64,000 nucleotides of DNA, taken from sequence record OR529409.1; one strand, 5' to 3'. Shown here one piece after another: positions 55,143-64,000 of this stretch (positions are counted from its first letter, which is position 1; every line of letters begins with the position of its first letter). The position numbers were made by a program, and so were the translations under genes. The notes beneath the pieces were generated by a model. It made no database searches. It was not told the DNA's origin and saw nothing but the letters and a program-made list of their open reading frames with translations.

Positions 55143-56117
55143 ATGTCGCTAGAGCGCATTATGCTTTCTAAAAAGGCACAGGATGAACATCAGGATTTGA
55201 TGGATGTGTTGAATCAGTTTAACGTCGTTATGGGAAACGAAACCTTATTTGACGACGTTAAGCTTATCGGTACAAACGTTTTATCCAGGACCGCTGTGTT
55301 GGCTGGAAAAGGTATAACTGAGTTGAACAATCTCTTTACTGTTGGTACTCGTAAGGCCATGGTGAAGTTTGGGACTAATCGTCAGGCTATCTCTGTTTTA
55401 TCCAGGGATGTCCCTAAACGAGAGCTCAAAGAAGAGGTTGTTCTTCCAGCGTCCTTTGTCAACAACGTGACCTCAGAGGGTGACCTGGGGACGGTTATCG
55501 ATGATACTCGAACCCTCAGTCAAACACTGGATTTGTTGGTTCGTCATCTCAATGATGTCGACGCATACCTGAAACAGCAACTGGGTTACGTAAAGGACAT
55601 TGGGAACGTTCGTACTAATGATCAAGGCGTGGCTTTGATTCAGAAATACGACAAACTATCCTATCCGGCATTACAACTACCTATTCACGCTAATTTTATA
55701 GCCTCTTCACACCCCTTGCCCGGAGGGAAGATTTTAACTTACGATGATAAACGTCATGTTTATTCTATGTCTGGTAAAAAGCCCCACGGCGAAGCCCAAC
55801 CTTATCCTGCTCAATTAGATACGGTTGGATGGTTACGAGCGGTTAATGGCGTCAACGATCATTTACAGCGCTTAATCAAGTATATGTACGAGTACAATAC
55901 TTTTGTTAAGAACTGGGCTAGTGCGGTGAAATCAGCGTACCCTCATCTCGAAAGAGAAGATAACCTGAGTGAGTCCGTTTCTAAGCAGCTCGAAAGAATG
56001 CTTGATGGTAACGTCAACATTATGCAATTGTATAGCGGATTACTCCCTCGTCTTATTGGATACACGGATAAGTATATCCAGGATGTGTTAGGGTCCGTCA
56101 ACAAACTTCTTAATTAA
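55143..56117 (+). CDS. Internal head protein (paralogue family)
   Basis: GNE|TL motif and LPGGK family motif. Confidence 0.7.
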   Translation: MSLERIMLSKKAQDEHQDLMDVLNQFNVVMGNETLFDDVKLIGTNVLSRTAVLAGKGITELNNLFTVGTRKAMVKFGTNRQAISVLSRDVPKRELKEEVVLPASFVNNVTSEGDLGTVIDDTRTLSQTLDLLVRHLNDVDAYLKQQLGYVKDIGNVRTNDQGVALIQKYDKLSYPALQLPIHANFIASSHPLPGGKILTYDDKRHVYSMSGKKPHGEAQPYPAQLDTVGWLRAVNGVNDHLQRLIKYMYEYNTFVKNWASAVKSAYPHLEREDNLSESVSKQLERMLDGNVNIMQLYSGLLPRLIGYTDKYIQDVLGSVNKLLN

Positions 56118-56154
56118 TAAGTTTTACATCAAATCTCTCTAGAGGATTTAAATA

Positions 56155-57423
56155 ATGAGTAAATTGTTTCTGGATCTGCTGGCTCGTCAGGGTAACGAAA
56201 ACCTGGAAATCGAACTGGATAATGGCGAAACCGCTGTAATCGTTCCTGAGACCGCTGAAGAAATCGCTGAAATGGCCGCTGAAAACGTTGTTGCCGAAAC
56301 TTCCGAAGCGCTGGAAGAACATGCCGACGACGTTGAAGACCTGTGCGACAAAGTTGAAGAACTGGAAGAGCAGGTTGAAGAACTGCAAGAAGTCGTTGAA
56401 GGCGCCGAAGCCCTCCTGCAACCGGGTACCCAGTGGAACCCTGCTGCATTCGCCCTGCTGTACGCCCGCGGTGAAAAACTGAACGCCAAAATGAGCGATG
56501 CTGTCGTTCCGGTTATGGGCGCGGAATCTCTGGCTGACGCGACTACTGCCGAACTGTCTGCTCGCGAAGGCCTGGAAGCTATGGGCGCCACCGTGAAAAA
56601 ATGGGGTTCTCAGGCGATCGCGTTCATCAAGAAAATCTGGGATAGCCTGATCTCCTTCATCAAAGGCCTGTTCTCCAAAGCCACCGCGGTTAAGAACAAA
56701 GCGAAAGCGGTTGCCGCTCGCCTGGAAAAAACCGAAAAACTGAAAGAAACCATCAAGCTGGGCAAATGGAACGCATTCGTTGGCGCCGGCGAAGGTAAAT
56801 CTATCGTCGGTTCTGGCCTGTACGCTCTCGTCGCCGCAGCGGGTAAAGTCGCTTCTGGTTCAGAAGGTCTGCTGTCTTCTCCGGGTAGCGCCGCCCCTCT
56901 GGCAGCTCCGGTTAAAGAGCTTTCTAACCTTGCAGCCGGCCTCGACTCCGATTTCGGCCCGAGCAAGAAAGCTGGTGGCGAGAAAGCTGTAGCTGCTCAC
57001 CAGTGGCGTGGTCTGACCATCGCGGTCGGTTATTACGCGGGTAAAGTGGAGAGCTTCGAAGACGTCTCCAAAGCCTGTAAAGCGATCCGCCTCTCCTGGA
57101 AAATTTCTGGCGCCGCTAAAACCTCTGGTGATCACAAAGTCACCGAAGGCAAAGATGGCCTGAAGAAATACATCGCTAACGCAAACAAACTGGTTGAAGG
57201 CCTGGCTTCCAGCAAAGTCGAACAGCAGTTTGGCGCGGCTAAACGCGATCGCATCATCGGCCTGCTGAAAGCAGCTGATACCAAAGAAGGCGAAGATGTA
57301 GGTAAAGCGGTTAACGCAGTGAAATCTGCTCAAGCTGCTCTGTCCTCCGTAACGACTTCCGCAACCCGTCTGGGTCTGGCTATCGCCAACGCTGAACTCG
57401 ACTACGTACGTGCTTGCCTGTAA
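56155..57423 (+). CDS. Abundant internal head/ejection protein (gp93-like)
   Basis: Acidic propeptide with GNE, GAE, GAE and GLE; amphipathic helix; strongest codon bias in the block; GAGGA SD. Confidence 0.75.
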   Translation: MSKLFLDLLARQGNENLEIELDNGETAVIVPETAEEIAEMAAENVVAETSEALEEHADDVEDLCDKVEELEEQVEELQEVVEGAEALLQPGTQWNPAAFALLYARGEKLNAKMSDAVVPVMGAESLADATTAELSAREGLEAMGATVKKWGSQAIAFIKKIWDSLISFIKGLFSKATAVKNKAKAVAARLEKTEKLKETIKLGKWNAFVGAGEGKSIVGSGLYALVAAAGKVASGSEGLLSSPGSAAPLAAPVKELSNLAAGLDSDFGPSKKAGGEKAVAAHQWRGLTIAVGYYAGKVESFEDVSKACKAIRLSWKISGAAKTSGDHKVTEGKDGLKKYIANANKLVEGLASSKVEQQFGAAKRDRIIGLLKAADTKEGEDVGKAVNAVKSAQAALSSVTTSATRLGLAIANAELDYVRACL

Positions 57424-57451
57424 TCCCTCGGGATGGTTGTTTAAATCAAGA

Positions 57452-57485
57452 GAGGGGAGTCCTTAGGGGCTCCCCTCCCTATTTT
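57452..57485 (+). terminator. Terminator-like hairpin
   Basis: 11-bp stem GAGGGGAGTCC/GGGCTCCCCTC followed by ATTTT. Confidence 0.65.
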
Positions 57486-57501
57486 GCATTTGAGAGGATT
57501 T

Positions 57502-58575
57502 ATGTCTACCCCTTACACTCAAAAAGGCATGTCCATGTCTCTCGCAGAAGAATACGAGGGAGATAAAAATAAATTAGATCGTTACATTGAAGGTACTCCT
57601 GATAACGTAGGGCGGTATAAAAAAGTAGCGTCAGTTATCGGTAAAGAACCCGGCCATCTTACTGTCGATAAAGATACGGGAGACAATACCGCCGGCACAG
57701 AAGAGTTTGACATAGACGAAGCTGTTCTTAACTTCCCAGAAGATGAAAATGTTGCTGGGATGGAAGACTTCGTGGAATTTGCTAAGAAGGCGGTAGTTCG
57801 GTTAATGCGGATGATTAAGAATGCCGCTATCTTTATTTATGAACTCGTCTTTAACAAGATTAGCCGCATTAAACACATTGCTCGTAAAGCAGAATATCAA
57901 TTAAGAACACAGAGCCTAATACCCACTACCGTGCCTTACCCCAAAGGGACGCGTAAGATATTCATAGGGCCGGCTTTACAGCTCAACGCTAACTGGACCC
58001 TTAAAAGCATTCAGCAGGTCCAACTGTTTTACACCAGACTGATGAAAGCACACGGTAATTTATTGGATGCGGCTAAATCGGGTAATTGGAGAAACAACCC
58101 TAATTTCATTTTTGAAACTGCCGCTACCTTCGCTAATGAAATTTGTCAGAATCATCACAGTGATTATTCTGAAACCCAAGTTCTCCCAGGCGGGAAAATC
58201 TACAGAGTGAATTATTCCAAAGGCAGTGGAAAAAATCGTCCTGGTGTTTCCCTTAGCCAGAAACTCTCTATTCAACTCAAGGATAAGTCCTTTAAACCGG
58301 ATAGAGCTATTGCCGACGATCTCATGACGGCCCTGCAAGGATTCGCAGATAAGATCGGTAACGATCATCGCAGTCAAACCAGCACTTCCAGAAAAATGGA
58401 AGCGGCGATAAGAGACCTGGAACGTTATTATGTCGATCCTGAGGCAAAACGCCATGCGGCGGCTTACTTCACTTGGTTGATTGATTTCCAACGTACGGTT
58501 CTGAGCACTGGTCTTCAGTATGTTTTCGGAACCCTGTTCGGTTATGCTGAATTCATTTCGGCTAATGTTAAGTAG
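57502..58575 (+). CDS. Internal head protein (paralogue family)
   Basis: GME|DF followed by an amphipathic helix and the LPGGK motif. ATG 57502 has a GAGGA SD. Confidence 0.7.
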   Translation: MSTPYTQKGMSMSLAEEYEGDKNKLDRYIEGTPDNVGRYKKVASVIGKEPGHLTVDKDTGDNTAGTEEFDIDEAVLNFPEDENVAGMEDFVEFAKKAVVRLMRMIKNAAIFIYELVFNKISRIKHIARKAEYQLRTQSLIPTTVPYPKGTRKIFIGPALQLNANWTLKSIQQVQLFYTRLMKAHGNLLDAAKSGNWRNNPNFIFETAATFANEICQNHHSDYSETQVLPGGKIYRVNYSKGSGKNRPGVSLSQKLSIQLKDKSFKPDRAIADDLMTALQGFADKIGNDHRSQTSTSRKMEAAIRDLERYYVDPEAKRHAAAYFTWLIDFQRTVLSTGLQYVFGTLFGYAEFISANVK

Positions 58576-58583
58576 AGGTAGTT

Positions 58584-58994
58584 ATGTCAGCTGGTGTTAT
58601 TAGCAAGAACATGTGGGTGAGTCTACTCTCTAAAGCCCTCAACGCCGATGCAAGTGTATTAGAATCTCAGACGTTTGTTTTTTCGCCGAGTAGCTCTGAC
58701 GACCTAGTTAGAATTAGCGACGTTAGAGGTCCCGATTCCCCCGTTGTAATGAATAAGTTTGATTTCGGCGAACTCACCTACGGGAGAAAGTTCGACGTTC
58801 GGCACATTCTTCAGGATTCTGAAAACAAAACAGCCGATGAGATTTTTGATTATTGGAAGAAATTGGTGCGACTAGATGACCTTGATCGCGGCGAGGTTGA
58901 TTTGGTTAAAGACGAGTCGATCCTTTATATCTATTTCAAATCTTCATCTATCTGTTTCAAAGGAAGCGTTGAGGTGACGTATGCGGATCGGTAA
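58584..58994 (+). CDS. Putative virion structural protein
   Basis: 136 aa; shares SSSxxxKG...TxY with ORF 60328. Confidence 0.6.
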   Translation: MSAGVISKNMWVSLLSKALNADASVLESQTFVFSPSSSDDLVRISDVRGPDSPVVMNKFDFGELTYGRKFDVRHILQDSENKTADEIFDYWKKLVRLDDLDRGEVDLVKDESILYIYFKSSSICFKGSVEVTYADR

Positions 58995-60321
58995 TTATTT
59001 ATTTCAAAACATACGTACCGCTTTGACCCTATTGGGTATTGTGTTTCAGATTCAAACGAGGAAACCTACTCAAGAAGAGTCAGATATTCTCGTTAACGGA
59101 TTCAGGGAACTTGACGTTTCGCCTGCAGTTTATCAAGAAAACGCATTACTGGCCTTACAGCTAGTGATTAAACGTTATATAGAGGATCTGGAAGCGTCCT
59201 TCTATGAACTTAGTCAATTACACGGATTAGTCCCAAAATCTCTTCATAACGTGTTAGGGGAGCTTATAGAGGGAATTAGGAAAACAAACAGCGACGACCT
59301 TGTGGAATATTTCGATGAGGGGTTGTTAAAAGAACAATCCATTCGTAGTTTGTTTACACCTATCCCTGAAGATGAACTGGTCGAATCGGAACATTACGAG
59401 ACGCTCAAAAGCATTTATAACGAAACCGTTACCAATCTCCTCAACGAATTGGAAGAGGACATTGATCCTTCGATTCTTCCGGTAATAGAAGATGGAGTAC
59501 GCGATCTTAATTTGATCGAATTTATTTTACAGTATTTCGAATTGTCTAATTACGACAATGTCTCGGAGGAAGAGATGAAATATAGTCAGGTTAAAGCCAA
59601 GCTTGATGAAATCGAAACTGCGGTCATTAGCGGGGCGGAAGAATTCAAAACCCTCATTAACGATTCTCCAGTATCTGGAATGGAAGCCGGGTTTGTCGAT
59701 ACCGTTAAAGCCGGGATTGCCAAAGTCGTTGACACCATCAAAACCGCACTGAAAACCCTTCTCGATTTCTTTGCTGGACGTAAGAAGGATGCCGCGACTC
59801 AGATCGCAGATATCAAAGAGAAGTTCAATAAGCAAATCGAAGATCTAAAGGCTGCCGGTAACGATAAGCTTGAGATCGATCAAGAAAATATCAAGAAAAC
59901 CATTGATATGTTGGAGAAGGCTGATCTTAGCGAAGTCGCCAATCATTTCAAAGGGGTGAACGATGCAACAGGTGCTATCTCAGCATACACCGCAGCGTTG
60001 TCCGATCTGGAAAAACTCTGCAAGCCAGATGATGCCGATAAACAATTGGGGGATACGCAAAGTAAACTCAATGAGCTTTCCGGCACCCAGGTCAACGTGA
60101 ACAACGACGCGCCAGCAGAAGAGAAGTCAACCCTGAAAGAGGTCGTTAGCGAGCGCACCAAGGCTTTACAAGAGAAGTTCGCAGAAGCCAAGGAGAGCGT
60201 GAAGAATTTTATCAAACCTCTATCCGCCATGGAGCGTCTCAATAGCACTCTGGGTAAAGTCATCAAAAAGAAATCAGAGAAGGAAGAAAAAGTCTCTGGT
60301 AACGAAGCCTGGATGGAGTAA
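58981..60321 (+). CDS. Internal head protein (gp97-like; long propeptide)
   Basis: GAE and GME sites at about residues 220-240, followed by an amphipathic helix; C-terminal SGNEAWME. Confidence 0.65.
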   Translation: MRIGNYLFQNIRTALTLLGIVFQIQTRKPTQEESDILVNGFRELDVSPAVYQENALLALQLVIKRYIEDLEASFYELSQLHGLVPKSLHNVLGELIEGIRKTNSDDLVEYFDEGLLKEQSIRSLFTPIPEDELVESEHYETLKSIYNETVTNLLNELEEDIDPSILPVIEDGVRDLNLIEFILQYFELSNYDNVSEEEMKYSQVKAKLDEIETAVISGAEEFKTLINDSPVSGMEAGFVDTVKAGIAKVVDTIKTALKTLLDFFAGRKKDAATQIADIKEKFNKQIEDLKAAGNDKLEIDQENIKKTIDMLEKADLSEVANHFKGVNDATGAISAYTAALSDLEKLCKPDDADKQLGDTQSKLNELSGTQVNVNNDAPAEEKSTLKEVVSERTKALQEKFAEAKESVKNFIKPLSAMERLNSTLGKVIKKKSEKEEKVSGNEAWME

Positions 60322-60327
60322 AGAGAA

Positions 60328-61116
60328 ATGATTAATTCTGCTTTCACTCCCGGATTTTTAGCAGTGTTGGGTTCGCAATACACTCTTACTGATATCCAAT
60401 CTGTTGACGACACTACGAGTGAACTCAAAGCCACTTTAGGGGAGACCCCAAAGACCTTCAGATTTCCAAAAATGGATATTGGGGATATGTTTGTCGGCGC
60501 TCCCCTTATCAGCTTTGGTACTCCCGGTGAGCTCATTAACGACGTAATCGCCAGAGCCATGAACTATCATGAAGCTGGATTAGTTAGCGGCGTGGATTTC
60601 GATTTAGGCGAAGAGCAATTAGATTTCCAAGAAGGTACAAGCGTTTACCTTAATGTTAAGATACTCTCTTCATCTTTGATGTACAAAGGGACCTTCGGAC
60701 TAACCATTTATCGCGCTGACCTGTCACCACTCACCCAACCCATTGAACGTGATCTGACATCAACGATTCCTGATTACTCTTCACTGGACTGGATGGTGTA
60801 TCTCAGTACTCGGATTTTTAATGTCGAGTACGATATTGAAATCGGAGATGTCATTCCTGAGTCTTGGAAAACCCCGCTGTGGCCATTGCTTTATGCCATG
60901 GATCAGGCTTTCAATATCGACGATGTGTTGGACGCGATTACGGGTTCCGAAGTGCTGGAAAAATACACGGATGAAATTTCCAACCTGTTGGTGATCAAGT
61001 TAGAGGGCGGAGAACTCACTCTTCGCTACACCTTTGATAAGACCCAGACCGTAACCTACATTACCGATTTCGAACTCCCCGGCGACCCAGCTATCACTGA
61101 CGCGTTACTCCCTTAA
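60328..61116 (+). CDS. Putative virion structural protein
   Basis: 262 aa in the structural operon. Confidence 0.6.
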   Translation: MINSAFTPGFLAVLGSQYTLTDIQSVDDTTSELKATLGETPKTFRFPKMDIGDMFVGAPLISFGTPGELINDVIARAMNYHEAGLVSGVDFDLGEEQLDFQEGTSVYLNVKILSSSLMYKGTFGLTIYRADLSPLTQPIERDLTSTIPDYSSLDWMVYLSTRIFNVEYDIEIGDVIPESWKTPLWPLLYAMDQAFNIDDVLDAITGSEVLEKYTDEISNLLVIKLEGGELTLRYTFDKTQTVTYITDFELPGDPAITDALLP

Positions 61117-61121
61117 CAACG

Positions 61122-61150
61122 AGAATCTGGCCCCAGAAAGGCCAGATTCT
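61122..61150 (+). terminator. Terminator-like hairpin
   Basis: 11-bp stem AGAATCTGGCC/GGCCAGATTCT. Confidence 0.65.
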
Positions 61151-61185
61151 ATGACCTTATATTTTTAATAGAAGAGGACGTTATT

Positions 61186-62700
61186 GTGCTCAGAACGTTT
61201 GTAAAGGCAGGGGAAACGTACCGTAACGCTCTTTATCCTGCAATCATCGAATCCCTTCGTCGGGTTTTAGAATTCTACTCGCTGACCGGGATTGACAAAG
61301 TGTATTTCAACGGCGATGCAGAAGTCTCTAAGCAACTTTTTTCTGACATCGATAGTGGAGTAAGGGCGGACAGACAAACCGATTTCAAATTAATCAATAA
61401 ACTTTATATCGTCACCGAAGAGCAACCTTCCGTCTTTAACAATGGTTACGGTAATGCCCAGAGAACGATTACCAACAGACCGGTGTGGAAGACGGACGAC
61501 GATAAAGTTATGATCATCCCTACCTACGATGGAAGAGAGATCACGGTTGATGTTAACGCCCACTTCAGGACAAGGCAAGAAGCCCGTAATTTCCGTAACA
61601 GTTTAGAACAGGCTAGAAATCGTCAGGCTAACGACCTTAATTTCAACGCGCATGTTCATTACCCCCTGAACTTGGAAATTGTTTACTTCCTTACTACCAT
61701 TCACAAACGGTTAGTAGACGCGGGCCAGGTTACCGATGAGTTCGCCCCATGGTTCTTTAAAAACGCGTGCATGCCCTTCACCACGATAACGAACCCGGCG
61801 GGTAATAACACCCAGGTCGTTTTACAGCAAAGACGTGATGAGATTGGGATATTCTTTGAGGAACCCACTATTGCGTTGACCCGTAAATCCAACGAATATC
61901 TGGGCCGGTACGAAGTTTCTTTCCGTTATAAGTTCTACTGGAACGAACAGACCGATTGGGACTTGCGTTACCCTCTAATGATCTACCAACAGCCGTTAGA
62001 TCAAATGTACATGCCTAAGCCCCAGTTGGGTTATCGCAATGGGTTTAACCCTCACGCGTTCGTAGAGTTAGGTATGATTAACTTGTTGCTGAAAAGCAGG
62101 ACAAAACACTCGCCTTACTATCAGCGAATTCCGGAATATGACATGTGGGTCCCTCCAGGACAACGTTGGTTGGATACTCAGTTGACGATCGCGATTACGG
62201 TTAAAGACGAAGCGAACGTTCCTCTTATGAATATTGTTAACGATATTCCTAATTGGACCTGGGATGACGACTTCTTGGAACACATGTTAAAGTACCGTGA
62301 AAACCTCTTCACCCGCCATGAAGACATTTTCCATATTCAGGTTTATTCTGACGATATCTTAGTCCTCCCAGAACAGCTCAGTATGGATGAAGAAGGTAAT
62401 ATACTTCTTAATCGTAAACCAACGATGAGTAACGTATATCGGGTCGTTATTTTTGTTGACTGTAATTTAAAAGAATTCAGCGATCAAAATAACCAAAACA
62501 TATTGGACGATGAAAATTATCTCTACGTCGTCATTCCTAAATTATTCCCTTGGTATAAGTGGGATAAGTTCCCGGTGAATACGCCTAACGATCTCGCTAG
62601 ATTGATAGACGAATCGGGCTTAGGGGACATGGGTGCGTTAAGAGAGCCAGTGCCAATGTATATGATGAATAACAGCCTAGCGGCCTATAGGGAGAATTAA
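61186..62700 (+). CDS. Virion structural protein, putative neck/tail-completion (gp99-like position)
   Basis: 504 aa, GTG start with GAGGA SD. Assignment is by synteny only. Confidence 0.55.
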   Translation: MLRTFVKAGETYRNALYPAIIESLRRVLEFYSLTGIDKVYFNGDAEVSKQLFSDIDSGVRADRQTDFKLINKLYIVTEEQPSVFNNGYGNAQRTITNRPVWKTDDDKVMIIPTYDGREITVDVNAHFRTRQEARNFRNSLEQARNRQANDLNFNAHVHYPLNLEIVYFLTTIHKRLVDAGQVTDEFAPWFFKNACMPFTTITNPAGNNTQVVLQQRRDEIGIFFEEPTIALTRKSNEYLGRYEVSFRYKFYWNEQTDWDLRYPLMIYQQPLDQMYMPKPQLGYRNGFNPHAFVELGMINLLLKSRTKHSPYYQRIPEYDMWVPPGQRWLDTQLTIAITVKDEANVPLMNIVNDIPNWTWDDDFLEHMLKYRENLFTRHEDIFHIQVYSDDILVLPEQLSMDEEGNILLNRKPTMSNVYRVVIFVDCNLKEFSDQNNQNILDDENYLYVVIPKLFPWYKWDKFPVNTPNDLARLIDESGLGDMGALREPVPMYMMNNSLAAYREN

Positions 62701-62703
62701 GAA

Positions 62704-63999
62704 ATGGGTGTGTTCACTCCAGGTACCGGTGATAATCCCACCGTAACGACCGCTGAAGGACCTAAGATTTATGCTGATGACTATAAGTCCAGTATCGTCG
62801 ATTCCGTCTATGTACACGGGACGAGCTTACTGACTTTTGTTACAGGCACTCCAGTAAGGACACAATACTACCGCCAATATCTTGGCGCTGATGAAGTTCC
62901 TGTCGGACCACAGTTAGACGATATAAACACCTACCAGTCCTACACTCGAATCAACGACCTCATCATGAAATTCGAGGGTAAACCGGCGTATTCATTTGAC
63001 TCCGATACCGCCGAATCAACAGAGACGGGTGGAGCTTACGTCATTTTTGATCTGAACCCAATACAGGGTGATGTTTTTATCCGGGATATTGGTGACGGTC
63101 GTGCGGGTATTTACGTCGTAGAAGGCCAACCTGAACTTCGTAGCTACGCAGCGGATAAAGTCTATTTTATCCAGTTCAAACTCATCGGTTTGATGACCCA
63201 AGCTATCGAAGACAATTTTAATAGTAAGGTCGTCAGGGAATATTACTATTCCAAAGATTCCGCTCTAAACGGCGGGAACGCGTTGTTATCTAAAGATCGT
63301 TTAGATGGCATTAAGGAACTGATGCGGCTGTCCTTCGCCATTACGCAGCAGCTGCTACGTAAGAACTATTTTAACCCTGAAGAAACTATCACGTTTAAGA
63401 ACGAAGAAGACGGTTTTGTTTATTACGATCCTTACTTGACGAGATTCCTTACGTATGTTTTACCTTACCGAGAATTCCTCGGGGTCAAACCTATTAATCT
63501 CATCAATACTCAGGTGGGCGTTAAACACAACTATAACGACCAGCTTACGGTTTACGATGCGCTCCTCCAAATGAATAAGGATCTGCTCGCCGTTGTACCG
63601 CGTAAGATGTACGTTTATTCTCGTCGTCAGTTCTTCGGAACCCGGACATACGGTTCTCCGTTGATGACGAAAATAGACCGTTTCTATCAGGTGGAGAAAC
63701 TTGAGTTCGATGGTATTCAGCGACTCAATTTACCTGTTAACGGTTACATCCTTTATCCTGACCCGGAACCGGGTAGTGAAGAGGATTTCTATTTCAGCGC
63801 TGGTTTCTTCGACGGGGTTCCGGCTAATGAATTTGAACGTTTAACGCTGGACTTTTTCTTTAACAAAGTCAGAGATCGGGATGCGTTGTTGGCGTACGCT
63901 AAAACGGTATTAACGTTACCCGATAAAGATCTGGCTTATCAGGGCGGGGTTGTGGTGGCTATGATAGAACTATCCCGCAGAGTTTTAACTGGAGAATAA
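62704..63999 (+). CDS. Virion structural protein, putative neck/adaptor (gp101-like)
   Basis: 431 aa, complete (TAA at 63997-63999). Assignment is by synteny. Confidence 0.6.
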   Translation: MGVFTPGTGDNPTVTTAEGPKIYADDYKSSIVDSVYVHGTSLLTFVTGTPVRTQYYRQYLGADEVPVGPQLDDINTYQSYTRINDLIMKFEGKPAYSFDSDTAESTETGGAYVIFDLNPIQGDVFIRDIGDGRAGIYVVEGQPELRSYAADKVYFIQFKLIGLMTQAIEDNFNSKVVREYYYSKDSALNGGNALLSKDRLDGIKELMRLSFAITQQLLRKNYFNPEETITFKNEEDGFVYYDPYLTRFLTYVLPYREFLGVKPINLINTQVGVKHNYNDQLTVYDALLQMNKDLLAVVPRKMYVYSRRQFFGTRTYGSPLMTKIDRFYQVEKLEFDGIQRLNLPVNGYILYPDPEPGSEEDFYFSAGFFDGVPANEFERLTLDFFFNKVRDRDALLAYAKTVLTLPDKDLAYQGGVVVAMIELSRRVLTGE

Positions 64000-64000
64000 T

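Overview
This window is part of a phiKZ-like, nucleus-forming jumbo phage genome (Chimalliviridae-type). The codon usage of the highly expressed genes looks enterobacterial, which is only a hint at the host. From left to right it carries: (1) the end of a leftward gene arm; (2) a ~1.1 kb non-coding, very AT-rich region with inverted repeats and alternating purine-pyrimidine tracts (candidate origin); (3) an unknown ORF followed by ~1 kb of structured non-coding sequence that contains a canonical hammerhead ribozyme and precedes a 62-aa ORF; (4) PhuZ tubulin, a cluster of small ORFs and one half of a split family-B DNA polymerase; (5) the nucleus/transcription block: chimallin, non-virion RNA polymerase subunits, an SbcD-like nuclease, ChmC-, PicA- and Nlp-like proteins and an SF2 helicase; (6) a virion RNAP beta' fragment, a putative tail-assembly-chaperone pair linked by a -1 slippery site, and the second DNA polymerase half; (7) a long virion morphogenesis block with head/ejection protein paralogues, baseplate and neck proteins. 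RNAP, polymerase, helicase, nuclease and tubulin calls rest on visible motifs. phiKZ gp-number equivalents rest on recalled gene order and size, not on a database search. No CRISPR array, rRNA, complete tRNA, intron or intein could be supported. The strongest new observations are the hammerhead + large structured RNA + SD-sequestered small ORF module (4138-5436), the -1 frameshift fusion at 40463-40469, and the Z-DNA-flanked AT-rich element (2663-2920).
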